Shown here: piece by piece, positions 63,801-64,000 of the stretch | Layout: each line of letters opens with the position of its first letter | How positions within the stretch are numbered: the stretch's first letter is position 1 | DNA from: Antechinus flavipes | Lineage: Eukaryota | Assembly (NCBI RefSeq): GCF_016432865.1 | Contig: NC_067401.1 | Span: 479,942,001-480,006,000, forward strand | Length of the DNA: 64,000 bases | Direction: 5' to 3' | Position numbers and translations under genes: made by a program | The notes under the pieces: generated by a model | Database searches by the model: none | Told to the model about the DNA's origin: nothing | Seen by the model: the letters and a program-made list of their open reading frames with translations, nothing else

Positions 63801-64000
63801 ACAGCTATTAGCTTCTTATCTCCAGAGCTTTTTATTGCCCAGGCCAGGGTAAGCCTGAATTTTATTGCTTTTTACTCTAGTAGGCTTTGTTTCGAGGGGG
63901 AAAAAAAAACCTTTTCTGTCCGTTTAAAATAGCTAAATTCCGTGTACTTACAAAATTAGTACAACAGGTTAAAAGTTTTAAAATCACAAGCAAATTTTCA
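60823..64000 (-). mobile_element. Degenerate internal region of the nested ERV (runs off the window)
   Basis: AT-rich, no long ORFs; adjoins the PPT and LTR at 60822. No gag/pol motif confidently recognised. Confidence 0.5.

Noticed and set aside
55400-64000. BEST4 or another host gene upstream of PLK3
   Set aside because: No recognisable exons; the region is explained by SINE, L1 and ERV sequence.

Overview
GC-rich vertebrate genomic window, almost certainly a marsupial. The repeats look like WSINE1, marsupial-type L1 3' ends and marsupial LTRs; a dasyurid is likely but this is inference. It holds the conserved syntenic block PTCH2(+) - BTBD19(-) - DYNLT4/TCTEX1D4(+) - PLK3(-). I traced the exons of all three spliced genes by hand (GT-AG sites, consistent phase); DYNLT4 has a single coding exon. 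Three apparently functional U5 snRNA genes, each with DSE, PSE and 3' box elements, sit between PTCH2 and BTBD19. The right end contains a class II (beta-like) ERV env remnant with its 3' LTR, interrupted by a second nested ERV. Main highlights: (1) PTCH2 has an extra in-frame 210-nt penultimate exon resembling the PTCH1 C-terminal-domain exon, absent from canonical human PTCH2, and its 5' end regenerates a splice donor; (2) a U5 cluster with compensatory stem changes and one Sm-site variant; (3) two identical 19-bp GLI-containing elements and a strong-Kozak in-frame uORF at PTCH2; (4) a ~60-bp AT island serving as poly(A) signals for both PLK3 and DYNLT4 and as PLK3 AU-rich elements; (5) a (GGC)11 repeat in the BTBD19 leader, in frame with an upstream ATG; (6) DYNLT4 lacks the PP1-binding RVxF motif. 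Most other ORFs in the track are GC-rich or repeat artefacts. Comparisons with human and other orthologues are from memory and need checking by alignment. There is a 190-N assembly gap at 16985-17174.
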